A DNA stretch of 63,857 bases from Sphaerodactylus townsendi (GCF_021028975.2 NC_059430.1:37014001-37077857); one strand, 5' to 3'. Shown: positions 11,487 to 24,360, numbered from the stretch's first letter. Translations and numbers: made by a program. The notes: generated by a model from the sequence alone, not told the origin.

Positions 11487-14400
11487 CTGTAAAAAAAAAG
11501 CAAAGACATTAAAAAGTGATGGGGAGGGAGAAGCTGCTACTTGATCACCAATCTATTGTCGGTAATAAGTGATGGTACATAAGATGACCTCCTTATCCTG
11601 AAAGTGAGGGCAATTCCTCACCCACCCACAATTATGTAAGTGAACATACTCACAACTGATATCTCACAGTATTCGAGGTCATTGGTCTCTGCCCACTCTT
11701 GTGCCTGTTTCTGCTCCACAACCCGCCTATTAATCAAATCCGTCTTATTGCCCACTAGCACACCTGAAAAAAAGAAAAAAAATTAACAACACATACTACA
11801 AAACTTAGTGAGTGAACAGGTAAAGAGGCAGGGAAGTAGACTGTTTGACAAGGAAATGGAGAAAAAGATCATAACTGAATTGCTCAGACTATGTATTTCC
11901 CATGCTTGTTTCAGACACTGATTGAATAATATGAGAAAAGCTAATACACTGCCCAGAATTAAGATGCGGCCATCAGACCCAGCTCATGAGCAAGAGATCT
12001 AGGCACAGAATAGGCAAGAACAAAACGTTACCGCCTCCTACCTGGGATACGTATTCCAGAAGTCTGGGTTCTCAGCCTCTCTAGCCATTTGGCACAGTTA
12101 TGGAATGACTGCTCATTGGTAACATCATATACAATGCACACAGCATTGGGCTGCTCCCACTGCACAAGAAAACAAACTGTCACCCCTACTGAAACTGATG
12201 GGACCCAACAGTCACCACTTATTTATCTACTTCATTTATTCCCTGGCCTTTGCAGCGGAAACCCTTAGCAGCTTACATCCTTCTCCTCTCCTTTATTTTA
12301 TCCTTACAACAATCCTGTGAAGTAGGTTCGACTGAGTGTGTGTGACAGGCTCAAGGTCATCCAGCAAGCTTCCAAGACAGAGGCTGATTCCGCATGGGTC
12401 AAAAAAAGCAGTGTGAAAACGGTGTGAAAATGGTGTAAAAGGGTTTAAAACAGTATAAAAAGATTTATACTGTTTTCACACCTTTTTCACACTGTTTTTC
12501 GCCCATGCGGAATCAGCCAGAGTGGCGACTTGAACCTGGGTCTCCCAGATTCCGGTCCAATAGTCTAGCTACTGCACCAAACCGGCTTGAGGCCTCTGGT
12601 TAAAACTGGATCCTCATTTGGGGATAACACAGAGTTTTAAAACATTCTCCCACAATGTCCCTGACATTCAAAGAGGGTGATGCATTTCTGAGGCCCAGCT
12701 ATTCTCTTGCTTCCAAACTCACCCAATGATAAACCCATGTTAGAATGACAGAAAATTTATTGTGCTGCTGGTCTATACCACAGTATAAAATCTGTAGCAT
12801 AAACGGAGACAATAAAAATATCACAGCAATAGATGTTTAAAAATGAAGGTAAGCACATCCAGGGAAATTAGAGAGAGAATACTTTAAATTATCTTTGAAA
12901 TAGCCAACATTGAGGTTCTGCTGACCAGCATTCAAGAAATAGCAGAATAATTCTCTAGTTTTACTATGAGAAAAACCAGCAGTCCATGTAAAGAACAAAC
13001 CACTTTGGTGGAAGTCAAGGATATCAGGGTAGAGGGGACAGTCTCTTTAAGTAAACATGGTATCTGTACATTTTCACTTGTTTTGCAAACAGGTAGTGGA
13101 GCATCATGGTCAGATTGACTGACTTCAGTATTGCACAGTTTACTTGCTAGAAAAAAAGTCAAAAGTAAAACTCTCATGGTCCACCAGTGTGTTTGAATCT
13201 ACAGAACCAGAATCAATACCCTTAAGTCACAAATAATCTATGTGGTTATTTGGAATACAGACTCTTGCTTAGGAATGTAAAAATTGCTTACTGCATCAAA
13301 CCAAGATCTAGCTAGTCCAGCATTCTTTACAGTAATTTCAGCAACCAGCAGATTTGCCACTGGTGGTTGATGATCCTATTTCTGCCCACCCCTGTTATAA
13401 GAGATTTACTCCCTCCCTCATTTCTCCTTTCTCTTGATGACAACTTTTCCAATGCTATTCCAAGTAGTGGGTAGAAATGTCAGCCTTCCCATATGATGAT
13501 ACTTAATGGTAACGTTAAGTGGATACATTTTTCTTCTTTCTTTGATTTGAGAACATTTTAAAGTTAGTTCTAAAGCACAAAAAAGTAGTTGTGAAAAGGC
13601 AGGCAAAAATTGTCATTCTGTGTTCTTGTCCAAGCCTTAAACAGGATGCAGGGTTTAGGTTTGCTTCACAGCTCCTTGACTGAATAACAGCTTTTACATT
13701 ATACTTGCCAATTTCTCTAGCATCTCAGCAAACAGTTCCTTGCCTGCTGAGTCAAAGATGAAAAGTTCCTGAAAGTAAAAGCAAAACTAAAATGAAGCTA
13801 CAGAATATTCTACACTAAAGTAAACTACTGGTGAGATGTAAAATTCTTCAACCAAAGCAGTGGTGGCAGAAAAAGCCTCCCTCCCCCAAAAGCTACCAAA
13901 GTTCTAGCCTGTACAGCATATAGGAAGGTGCCTTAAGCTAAGGCACAATTCTTGCCTGTCTAGCTCAGTACTGTCTACTCTGAACTGGTAGGGGTTCCTC
14001 AGGGTCTCAGACAGATAAAAGTTTTTCAGACACCTGTTACCTGAAATCCTTTAAGTGGAATTAACTAGGGATTGAATTAAAGACCTGCATGCAAAGTCTA
14101 CCACTGAACCACAATTCTTTCAAAGCATCATGACTGCTGGATAGGAACCCATGTGTTCAGCATGAGTTCTGAACAATGACTTAGCAATGTATGGAACCTA
14201 GAGAGAAATTTGGGAAGTAAAATTCACTACTTTGTAAACACTGAAGGCATATTCCATGACTTTAGGTAGATCTATGAACTATATGCAGTTTGCCAACATT
14301 TTCATCCCTGTGTCCCATTTCCTCAATGGCAATAACCAGCTCACAAGTGATTGGTCACATCGCAGCAGCACTAATGATCCACACGAGGGCAGAATCTTCC

Positions 14401-17400
14401 TTAGATCCCTATACAGCCCACTGGCTGTGAACTGTATTCCATTAAATACAGTTCTGCTCCCAGAATCATTGGCCCCTTCTGCACATGCAAAATAATGCGT
14501 TTTCAAACCACTTTCACAACTGTTTGCAAGTGGATTTTGCTATTCCGCACAGCTTCAAAGAGCACTGAAAGCAGTTTGAAAGTGCATTATTCTGCATGTG
14601 CGGAATGAGCCATTAGCTCCTTGCATATGAATACAAGCAACTGCGATGCCAACAGGTACGTGCTTATACCTTTCATATGTTTGCCCTTTGGGAAAACATC
14701 AGTTCCACAGTGGTAGAGAGGAGGGGGAAGGCAATTAAATTTGCAAAAACATAATAAGATAAGAACTAGCACCTCCACAACTTCTGTTTAATTAAAAAAA
14801 ATGAGCAGGATGGGTTGCCCACCTTTGGTCCTAAATGAGAATAAAGCTCTAGGGAACAAATTAGATCTTCTGTTTTCCCATACTGCCATCATTAAGGTTT
14901 CACATATAATTCAATGCACGTTCATCCAGTGGAATGAAGTTCATTCCCGCGATGTCAATGAAAAAATCCCCTCTAGACAGTGTAGTTTGTTTTTGTTGTA
15001 AAAAAGACACTCTGTTTAAAACATGGCTGAGCTTACCACACTATCACTGGTTTCTGAAACAGGTACTGTCTTCACCAGCAGTTCCACTCCTGTTGTCTGT
15101 CAGCCCAAATAAGGAAAATATGTCAGCAAGATTCAGTGAAAGTTGTTGCATTTTCATATTATGTTTGCCTGAGGCCAACAGAACCCTTTCTGGTCTTCGG
15201 AACCACCCTTAAGACACCTCCTAATGACAGATTTTCTTCTGCCACAGAAACTCTCAAAACTGGATGTCAGGGACTAGGCTGAAAAAACAAAAAAAATGGC
15301 TGGGAAATAAGTACATTTTGTCCACAGTAACTGTGATTTGTTCACTAGAGCAGGTTTAAGATTTTTAGGGCCTAGCTGACATGCTTATTTGGTGACAATC
15401 TTCTTCAATAAGCACCTTTCTTCTACTGCATGACTCTTCTCGTTAAAAAAAAAAGATATTACCATTCGGGCCTTGGCATATGTTGCCTTATACCAGCATG
15501 GGGGAAAAAGACAATTCTGCTTTTCCTGAACACAAAGAAGACAATTATTCAGATAAATATGAAAGAAACTGTCTGTACCCATTCTGATTAGTTTTTCTAA
15601 AATATCTGACATTGCTTATGTAGTCCCATGATAAGAATGCTAAACACAATTTTGTAGAGGTAAAGTTCCCTTTGGTCAATTCTCAAATGACTAAAACTCA
15701 GACTCCAACTGCTCCGCAATACCCATCATATCATCCCTCAAGACTCACCAATGTGTAGTTTTTCTGGAAATGAGCCCCATCACTGCAAAACATCTGGACC
15801 AAGGCACTCTTTCCCACTGCTGGATCACCTGTATTACAACCCAAAAAAAATCCATTTGCTGTAATTTGACTACATTACTTTTTGCCTTAAATGACAACTG
15901 CTATATCTAATAGTAAACTGGTAGACCCTGAACAGATGATGAATGCAACACAATGGGCTATCTATCCAAGTGGAAACTAGGGCCAAAGGGTATGTGCATG
16001 TGTGATTGTTCTGGAGTCAAAATTATAAAGAAAAATAAGGCCTCATCAGTTTACAAGTAGTTCTGACCACAGAGTTCCTGTTGATTCCTAGAGCTATCCT
16101 TGTGCCTTCCCGATAACTCAAGAAACCACCAGGAACTCTATGGTCAGAACTTCCTGCAAATACTTATTTTACTTTTTACTTATTTTACTTTTTACTTATT
16201 TTACTTTTTAATTTTTTCCTCAGGATGCTGCCTGGCAACCCTTTCCAACGATGACTAAATATGCTCTAGAAAGGATGACATTTTGAGCCGAGCTGTCTAT
16301 TAAAAAAATGGGAGAAGGAATAGTAATCAATCTACTTGTTTCCCCAGGGAACTCAGAGAAGTATGGAGGAAGAGATTTGAAGTGGCAGAGTGGGATTTTC
16401 AATTTGGTCTTGGTTGAAGTGGCAGCTGCCCATATGTGGGGGAGACTCAGATTTTGCCATGGCCTCCATTTTCCCTAGCTACGTCTCTGACCAAAATGCA
16501 TAGAGTTCTCCATTTTTTGCAGCATTGGTTCCTGCCAGTTAACAGCCCTTGGTAACTATGTTGGCCAAAGGTCTGTTTGAAGAAGGTACAAAACACAGGG
16601 CACCTCTACAAAACAGACTTGGGCACTTCTTACAAAGAGGTAAAGATAGTTCCTATGCAAGCATCAGGTCATTACTGACCCCGAGGTCATTTTACTGACC
16701 TCGGAAGGCTGAATCAACCTTCAGCTAGCTACCTGAAACTGACATCTGTCAGAACTGAACTAAAGTCACGAACAGAGTCATGAATTTGACTGGAGTACTG
16801 CAGCTTACCGCTCTGCGCCATGGGGCTCCTGGGTGTTTCTTATACCTGGGGGCGGGGTATATAGTGACATATAATTCTGTATGCTAAAAGTGTTTAACTA
16901 CTTTACATCCTACTATTTATTCAATTTTTGTTCCGTAGAATTTGCCAATGGTTTTTTGGGGCGGGTGTGGGGGAGGTAATCAGGCAACATTTATTGATTG
17001 ATTGACTGATTGATTGATTGACTGACTGATAAGAAAGCTTTGGTGATTTGAATTGCTGTGTATAAAAACAGAGGTTCAAAAGAACATCCAGAACATCAAA
17101 ATAAATACAGCTCTGGGGCAATTGAAAGATCACATCACCTTTCTGAAGCTATCACACATACTGTGGTCTACAAAAATATTCAAACATTTGGGCATAATAG
17201 AAACCATTTTAAGGATCTAACAAGATTCTAAGCATCAGTATTTTGCAAGCTGAGAAAAAATTGTGATATCAGCATTAAGGGCCCAAATTAGACAACTACA
17301 TCTTCTAATTTTGCTCTCTTGGGATTCCTGTCCTGCAAGGCATCCATGCATATGTGTAAAATATGAATTACAAAAAAAAAATGAAAAAACCTTGCACACA

Positions 17401-18725
17401 TAATTTCAAAATACAAAAAGGATCTCTGGATCATGTGAGATAACTCTACTCTAAGCAGGACTTGTATGCCTAGGGAAGTTGAAATCATGCTCTCTCAGTA
17501 GGGAGAAAATACCCTATAGCAGTGGTGGCAAACCTTTGGCACTCCAGATGTTATGGACTACAATTCCCATCAGCCCCTGCCAGCATGGCCAATTGGCCAT
17601 GCTGGCAGAGGCTGATGGGAATTGTAGTCCATAACATCTGGAGTGCCAAAGGTTCGCCACCACGGCCCTATAGGAACCCCTGAGGGTTTTTTCCTAACAA
17701 ACTTTACTTAAGAACACATAGCCAGCGATAACTTTTGATCTGTTGATTTAATAGATACAGCAGTTCAAACCCCAGAAGTATTATGACATCTGGCAAACTG
17801 AACTCAAAAATCTCAGCCTTAAATTTCTGCAAGTGTCCTCAACCATGGCCACTTTCTCTCCCATTCTTTCCACTATTTAATTTAAAACATTTATTCAACT
17901 AAAATATTTTCATGTCTGACTAATTCCTGACCAACTTAGGCCCTTGACTGTACCAAAGATCTTTGTCCTTAATGACAGGGACCAGGCTGATTTTTTAAAG
18001 AATAATTTTTGACCTTTGCAGCTGCTTATTTCTTTTCTTTTCAAAATGCATTAGCTGAGCCCTTACAGGGAAGGGTGTCTTATAAATTGAACAAGACAAA
18101 CAAACAAACACACACAACACATAAGTTACCTTCTCACCCAAAAGATCTCAAGATTTTTTCAAAATACAGCAGCAAACCACTAAAATTGAAATTACAAACA
18201 CACAACTAAAGATGAGAATGGTAAAAGCACCATTTAGTATAAAGAGTTTATATCCAGAACTGAAAGGTCAAACCACATCAGAACAACCAGAGTGCAGACA
18301 GGTAGACCAACCAGAGTGCAGACAGGTAGACATGCAGACAGGTAGATCAACCAGAGTGCAGACAGGTAGACATGCAGACAGGTAGACTATTCATGTGTGG
18401 GTGCCACTATTTCATGCACACTCATGTTCCCACCCTCACACATCATAACATTAAATGGAGGAGTGCACTTACACTGCCCAATTCTAATCATGTTCCCTCA
18501 GAAGTCATTGTCACCGACTGCACCAGGAATGGCCAGCCAACAAATATGCTGAAACACCGAACCCTTCAATGAGCAGCTATTTATGAGGAAGACATATCCT
18601 CTTACCCCAGTTAATTTCCCTGACGCAGGGGACATGTCTTGGCTTGATACAGAACAACGATGCTGCCGAGGCAGCTAGGTTGAGGACTCACCTGCCACGA
18701 TGCATTTGGCAGCCAGCTTCACCAT
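11388..18725 (-). CDS. IFT27: Intraflagellar transport protein 27 (Rab-like GTPase RABL4); join(18725-18692,15828-15749,15096-15037,13768-13709,12159-12042,11763-11654,11486-11388), 561 nt, 186 aa
   Basis: Spliced translation [97 protein letters not shown]...VLVGNKTDL...[33 protein letters not shown]-loop [12 protein letters not shown] and NKTD motifs, no CAAX. Exon phases are consistent and all acceptors are AG. Confidence 0.98.
11654..11763 (-). CDS. IFT27: IFT27 coding exon 6 ([10 protein letters not shown]...CEISV)
   Basis: Polypyrimidine tract plus CAG acceptor, GTGAGT donor, 110 nt, NKxD motif. Confidence 0.97.
12042..12159 (-). CDS. IFT27: IFT27 coding exon 5 ([14 protein letters not shown]...GIRIP)
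   Basis: CAG acceptor, GTAGG donor, 118 nt. Confidence 0.97.
12228..12585 (-). mobile_element. Old Squam3/MIR-like SINE interrupted by a MITE
   Basis: Reverse-complement SINE body (ACAACAATCCTGTGAAGTAGG...CAAGGTCATCCAG...GAACCTGGGTCTCCCAGAT). Confidence 0.7.
12382..12518. mobile_element. PIF/Harbinger-like MITE
   Basis: TIR GGCTGATTCCGCATGGG...CCCATGCGGAATCAGCC; 3-bp TSD AGA. Confidence 0.8.
13709..13768 (-). CDS. IFT27: IFT27 coding exon 4 ([20 protein letters not shown])
   Basis: CAG acceptor, non-canonical GCAAGT donor, 60 nt. Confidence 0.95.
13915..14112 (-). mobile_element. Degenerate tRNA-SINE (Squam2-like)
   Basis: TCAGTGGTAGA head and GAGACCCTG...GTAGACAGTACTGAGCTAGA body on the minus strand. 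Confidence 0.6.
14471..14611. mobile_element. PIF/Harbinger-like MITE (141 bp)
   Basis: TIR GGCCCCTTCTGCACATGCA...TGCATGTGCGGAATGAGCC; TSD ATT; near-identical copy at 31463. Confidence 0.85.
15037..15096 (-). CDS. IFT27: IFT27 coding exon 3 ([20 protein letters not shown])
   Basis: CAG acceptor, GTAAGC donor, 60 nt. Confidence 0.97.
15749..15828 (-). CDS. IFT27: IFT27 coding exon 2 (GDPAVGKS...KNYTL)
   Basis: CAG acceptor, GTGAGT donor, 80 nt, contains the P-loop. Confidence 0.97.
16051..16159. repeat. Imperfect hairpin (about 45-bp arms), probably a MITE relic
   Basis: AGTTCTGACCACAGAGTTCCTG...CAGGAACTCTATGGTCAGAACT. Confidence 0.75.
16633..16830 (-). mobile_element. Sauria-type SINE, internally deleted
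   Basis: AAAGAGGTAAAG tail, TTTACTGACCTCGGAAGG...TCAACCTT body, CTGCAGCTTACCGCTCTGCGCCA head in reverse complement. Confidence 0.7.
17520..17665. mobile_element. Palindromic hAT MITE in IFT27 intron 1
   Basis: 146-bp near-perfect palindrome; perfect TSD CCCTATAG. Confidence 0.92.
18284..18387. repeat. Minisatellite with 24-bp and 16-bp units (CAACCAGAGTGCAGACAGGTAGAC / ATGCAGACAGGTAGAC)
   Basis: Five tandem units in IFT27 intron 1. Confidence 0.9.
18692..18725 (-). CDS. IFT27: IFT27 coding exon 1 ([12 protein letters not shown])
   Basis: ATG at 18725, donor GTGAGT, 34 nt. Confidence 0.96.
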
Positions 18726-18869
18726 GTTCTGCACTGACCTTCAGAATAACCGAGGACTGGGGTGGGGGGAAGCTGACAGACTATGAATCAAATAATAACC
18801 TTAGCCAATGCAGAGGGACTTTGTGTAGAGATTTGGGGACGGTCCCAAAGAAGGGGGACAGAGTTGGCC

Positions 18870-19420
18870 AGAGGCTGCTAACGGGAAACAGCGACTGTGT
18901 GTGTATCTAGCTTTCCTGCCGAGGGACTAAAAGGTGCTATTATAGGAAGGAAAGGCACACAAGCCCGGGAAACCGTAGTGACAAGGTCCAGGAAAGTAGT
19001 CCCCAAGTCCGGTCACTATCACAAAAGGTTGTCCTGGCAACAAGACTCTAAGCATCTTTCGCTTCCCCCTCCCACCGATGAGACCTCTAGTTGAAGGGGA
19101 GGAGCCCAACTTTTAAAAAGCGATTGGTTAGGAGAAAAACTTTCCTCGGTCTTCATTAGCTTCAGCTTTCGCTTCTTTCAAGAGGCGGTTATAATTTATC
19201 CAGAGCCCATTGGTACAAGCATATGTCTATCGTACAATCGCCCGCCAGCGATTGACTAGATGTGCTATTAATATAATCCAATTCGTTTCCGCCCACCGCG
19301 GAGACAGTTTTGACCCCGCCCCCATGAAGTCATTCAAAGCTCCCATTTTGCTCGCCCGGCGTCTGCGGGAACGCCACCGCCCCTATTTTGTGATTGGTTG
19401 AGGCGGAACCATTGAGACGA
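18870..19420 (-). promoter_or_regulatory. IFT27 promoter region: RFX X-box(es), CCAAT boxes, GC boxes
   Basis: GTTGTCCTGGCAAC at 19028-19041 (12/14 to X-box GTTGCCATGGCAAC); X-box-like sites at 18969-18982 and 18874-18889; ATTGG/CCAAT at 19123, 19209, 19278, 19393; CCGCCC at about 19289, 19316, 19377; locally CpG-enriched. Confidence 0.75.
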
Positions 19421-21149
19421 AATTATCTTTGTCTATGTTCGAAAAGAATAATCTTGGGAAAGTTTATCCAGATTATAACAATTTACATCAGTCTACGATA
19501 ATTTTTGTAGGAAGTTCTTTGAGCCCCGAAAAAACTCGAAGGTCATTTTATTCGTAAAATTGACCCCTCCTCCCACAGTGGACTTCCCCACGCCGTTATG
19601 TAGCTTCCCATGTACTTTCTTACGTCTGTGATGGATTCACGCAAGGTTAATTTAGTTTTCGCGCTTGCGCAAACTGGCAGCCGACTCTTCCTCCTCCTGC
19701 TGCCCACATTAGCGGCCAGGGGCCGCTCATGCCTAGTGCGTTTTGCGGTTTCAGGTTTCTTAACCTGTTGCTTGTCTCATTCTTCCTGTATTCCTTTCTT
19801 TATGAAAATTGCACCCAATGTCTCGTGCACCAAAAACTATAAAGGGTGAGGAAAGGGGACGGTGGGGTCCTCTTATTGTTTATTGTGGCCGCGTATCTTG
19901 GATTTATATACATATTCAATCCACAATGTACATATTCAATCCACAATAATGTACAATCACATTTCAGGTAAACTGCGCATGGAAACGCAAAAATAGATAC
20001 ATGAAGCCAATAAGATGCAGCTGATTTTTTAGAAATCTTGTGTCCATAGAGTAGTGTGGAGCTGGGGGCAGGGGATACCACAAGAAAAAGTGGCATGAGC
20101 TTCCTTTTTATGTTCGTTGATGTTCCTTTCTGAAGAAAAATGGAAGAGGAGAGTGGTTCACTGTGTAGAATTCCTGCCCTGAAGAGTGCAGAAGAATGGC
20201 AAATGAACACTTAATTAAAGCAAAAAGAGGTATTTGGACCAGAGTTGGATTAAGACAGGTTGTGGTCCTAAACTAGGTCAAGTTTAAGAGGACCTGCAGC
20301 ATTACCCAAATGGTAATTCACTAAAAATGTTGATGGTTACAATTCAAAACCCCAAACAGTAACTTACTGGTGGCGTTTGAATTCTTGAAAACTTCAGGAG
20401 GGGGAGAAAACCCCTCCTCTCCTGCATACCAGAGTCTCAAGCAAGACCAAATCCCAACCGAATTTGTAAAATGAGAACATTCCAACAATAAAATAGTGAT
20501 GGCATCCCAGGGATACCATGTAATGTAGCTTGGCCTTGAGTTGGTGGGAGCTGATGTGTTTTCCTTCACATCCTTCCTTATACCTTTTAAAGGCTTTAGC
20601 CAACCCTGGGACACGCCCAGTGGCCACATTCTGCCCAGAAGCCCTATGGGGGTGTGACCTGTGGAACTAATAACAGTCTTGGCATATTTGTGCTCTGGTC
20701 TCCTTCCCCACCTCCTCTGTGGAGAAGCCAGATAGCCAATTGCCAGGTAACTGGTTGTTAAAAGCCCACTGTCATCGGTCTGCTGGCTTGAGTGAAAACC
20801 TTCATAAAGTGTGCCCACAGAGCCATTGGACCTGGTGAATGCCACGTTTGACACCATGAGATGCTAAGAAGGAGGAGGGGTCTGCTGTTTTCTTTATCAC
20901 CCACAACAATGTTTCAAGAAAATGGCTCTGGTTGGGTAACAGCATACCTACCATATAATTCCCATTATTTGTTATTTATTCCCTGTTTGTCATCCAAAAA
21001 TTGGTTCTAAAGGCAGTTCACAGCAATGTAAAAAAAGAAATCAGATATAAATAAAACATAATAGAGCAAGTGTTTGAAGAAACAGTTCTTTTGTCAAATC
21101 TGGATTCAGATATGATGGAAGCATGCTTGGCTATTTCCTCTCCTCTCAG

Positions 21150-21575
21150 TGATGTCATCGATAGCAATCATAGCTGGAAAAAGGATGCTTTCACTGGAGG
21201 TGAAATCAGATATGAATAAATTTGTGGCTTCTATACCGATCCCCTCTGATTTTCTTATTATCTGATATTGATTCCTATGTTTCTTACAAGATGGCTCTCT
21301 TTGCCCTGGCGGCTAGGAAATTACGAGCAAAGTATTTAAAGTGCTGTTTGAACTGATGTTCCAAAGTACTGGAGGTTAACTTAGACTAGCTGAAGAAGCT
21401 GCAAAAACATCTGACGTGGAAAGTATTTAATGGGGCATTTTAATTTAGAGATTGCGAATACAAATAATTTATATTTTAATGTAAAACTAAGATTGTTTTA
21501 ATTTAAATGTTTTAACTGCATGTATCTCTGTAGTGTTATAGCCAAAGGCTCAAACAATAAATACTTGACTGACTA
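21150..21575 (+). mobile_element. LINE 3' end (RTE-X-like, tentative)
   Basis: FLLSDIDSYVSYKMALFALAARKLR C-terminus, AT-rich UTR, AATAAA and (TGAC) tail. Confidence 0.5.
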
Positions 21576-22247
21576 GTAAGGAAATGGCCCAGTGTTTGCA
21601 TAGAGGAGTATGTTTTTTATTTAGTGAGGAAGAGTTCTTACATCTAGATTCTGGCATCATGGAGTGGTACTTGAATGCTTCCTCTTCACCCTCTGCCCCC
21701 AGGAATGGCAGTTGGTAATTGGGAGGAAGGGGTTCTTATCTACAATCTTATTTAGACTAATTAAACTACTGTCCTTGGCCACAAATACCAGAATTGAGAG
21801 GCCTACTAACATGTGAAGTTATTTTGTTTTAAGTGGGAACACCAGCGAACACCTACAAAAATAAATTTTCCTCACTACCAATTAACAACATGTGGACTTT
21901 GACGGCAGAACTTCTAGACAAGTTTGGGATCACATGCCCCTTTAAAGAATTGTAATCACTACAATGGTTCCCTTTCAAGGGAATGAATTACACTGAATTA
22001 TGTAGGAAGTCGGAGGATAATTAAAAGCACATTAGGAGGAGAGGACCTATTTGCCTGGGATGATAATGTAAAATAATGAGCATGAGAATGAAATAAAATG
22101 ATGATAAATAACTTAAGGGAAGTATACAGAAACTGGATCGGAGAAGTAGAAATAATTGGGGACATGAGAAGGATACATTGGCATGAGGAGAAGTCTTAAT
22201 ATATATATTTTTTCTTTATAAAGCTCCATGCTTTGGAAAGCATGTTA

Positions 22248-22760
22248 TTTATTTTATTTTATTTATTACTGAGTTTTATATACCGCCCTACCCCCCAAAG
22301 GGCTCTGGGTGGTGAACAACATAATTATACAACATACAATTAAAAACCCATTAAAATAAACACAGCGGTCAGCATAATAAAACAGCATCAGCAATAAAAT
22401 TCTTATTAAAACCCTCCCAAAGGGGGGGAGGGTCCCATAGATGGTAAAGGGACCCCAAAGAGACTAAAGTGGGGGCACATCAGCAGCCGGACACTCCAAA
22501 AGCCCAGTGGAACAACTCCGTCTTATAGGCCCTGCGGAACTCACCAAGATACCACAGGGCCCAGACAGCTGGAGGAAGAGTGCCCCACCAGGCAGGGGCC
22601 AGGCCTGTGAAAGCCATGGCCCGAGTGGAAGCCAGCCGCATCATTGAGGGGCTGGGAATCACCAGCAAGTTGGCCTCTGCTGAATGCAGAGTCCTAGTAG
22701 GGACATATGGGGTAATGCGGTCCTGAAGGTACAAGGTTCCCAGGTCACATAAGGCCTTAT
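22248..22760 (-). mobile_element. L2-clade LINE 3' fragment
   Basis: YLQDRITPYVPTRTL...AFTGLAPAWW.TLP...FRRAYKTELF C-terminus; (AAAAT) tail. Confidence 0.85.
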
Positions 22761-24071
22761 GATCTTCATAGTTACATTAAAATATGTTTTGGAAACACTT
22801 TTTCTAGTCTCCAGGCAGGAAACTCCACATTTGTGATGTGTTATTTAATTTTGACCTTCAGACTGCTCAGCTGTAATGCTGGTAGATATTTGAAGGGTTT
22901 AACCAAAGTTTTCAAATATATGCCAAACTAAGGCTACAATTCTTCAGCTTCAGCCTATTTGTATTTACTCAACAGTAAATGCACGGGCATGACTCCCAAG
23001 TATGTGAACATAGGACTGAGGTTTTAGCAGCTTTACAGTACTTTCTTTGCCCCATTTCTTTCTCAGTTCCTTTATCGACTTTCCCTCAACACTGTGGGAC
23101 AAAACTTGAATCTTGTTTGTTGTAGCTGGATGCTTCATGGCGTGACTTCATCCCTTGTTTCCCCAGCACTTCTAAAGATGTGTGCGGCATCTCCTTGTTG
23201 TGATTTGGCAAGTCCAGCAATGGATGATCCCTAATTCCAGCTGTGACAGATTTTCGCAACCTTTTCCTGAGTAAACAGCTTGAAAACTGCTGTGCTAGAG
23301 GAAGAAAAAGTAGCCGTTGATCTACCTGGGGGAGTCTGGGAAGTAGCCTTCAAATAAGAAAGGGAAAGCTTTTGACGTAAGTGAGAGGAAGGCTGCTTAT
23401 AAACATTCACTTGGGACTTGGAAGGTGTGAGTTCAGTTCCCTTCTGTATTCATTTTCTTAAAATCCAATTCACACTATGCTTTAGCTTTCTGTCTTTAGA
23501 GGTTAATCGTTTCTTTTTGGGAGGGGGTGGGGTTAACAGAGACAGTCAGACACAGTGGGAGACAGAACTAGCAAGAGATGGGAAACAAAAGAGCTACAGT
23601 GCCTGAATCAATTCTAAACAAACAAGCTGTAAAATTGTTGTGCTGAGTTGACTTGCTCTATGGAAATGTGGGCCTTGGACAGAAGCCGAGGAGAAAGAAG
23701 AAACTAAAATGTATTTAGGAAGAGAAAAAATAGCAGAATAGAAAGGGACACACACACATACACACACATACACACACGCACACACAAAACCAGGATGGGG
23801 AAAAAAGTACATGAAGCAGAAGATTTGTTGCTTAATATTGAGTTCCCTCGATATTAACAGTCCTATGCAAAGTTGCACCCTCCTACATTCTAAGTCCACT
23901 GATATCTGTATCAGCACTACTTACAGAGTGAGTTTTCACTCACTGCTATCTGCACACGTTGGGGGAATTAGCTGGAGACAGAGGACAAAACAGGATAACT
24001 GGGATTTAATAGCCAATGTATACCAGGATCCTTCCAAGTGGGAACTCTCAAATAAGCAGGCAGTTGTAAAT

Positions 24072-24102
<31 letters not shown>

Positions 24103-24118
24103 GTTGTTGTTGTTATTA

Positions 24119-24308
24119 ATTAAATTTAGTATACCGCCCTATCCCCAAAGGGCTCAGGGCGGTGTACAGATAAAACATCAGCTAAAAACATACATATAAT
24201 TAAAACAACAGTAGTATTTTAGAATATCGCCCGCACCCTTACGAAACCCTCCTAATGCGAAATAATGAGTCCTGATGGTATTAGGGCCCATGGGGGTAAA
24301 GAGGAGGG
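24119..24308 (-). mobile_element. L2 3' UTR fragment
   Basis: TATACCGCCCTATCCCCAAAGGGCTCAGGGCGG motif as in the other L2 copies. Confidence 0.65.
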
Positions 24309-24360
24309 ATCAAGTTTTATTGAATCAAGTTTTATTGAATCAAGTTTTATTGAAAAGTAG

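Noticed and set aside
18284-18387. Short direct repeats superficially like a CRISPR array
   Set aside because: No unique spacers, eukaryotic intron, no cas genes; it is a minisatellite
20321-20857. 178-aa ORF
   Set aside because: No domain, splice support or recognisable homology
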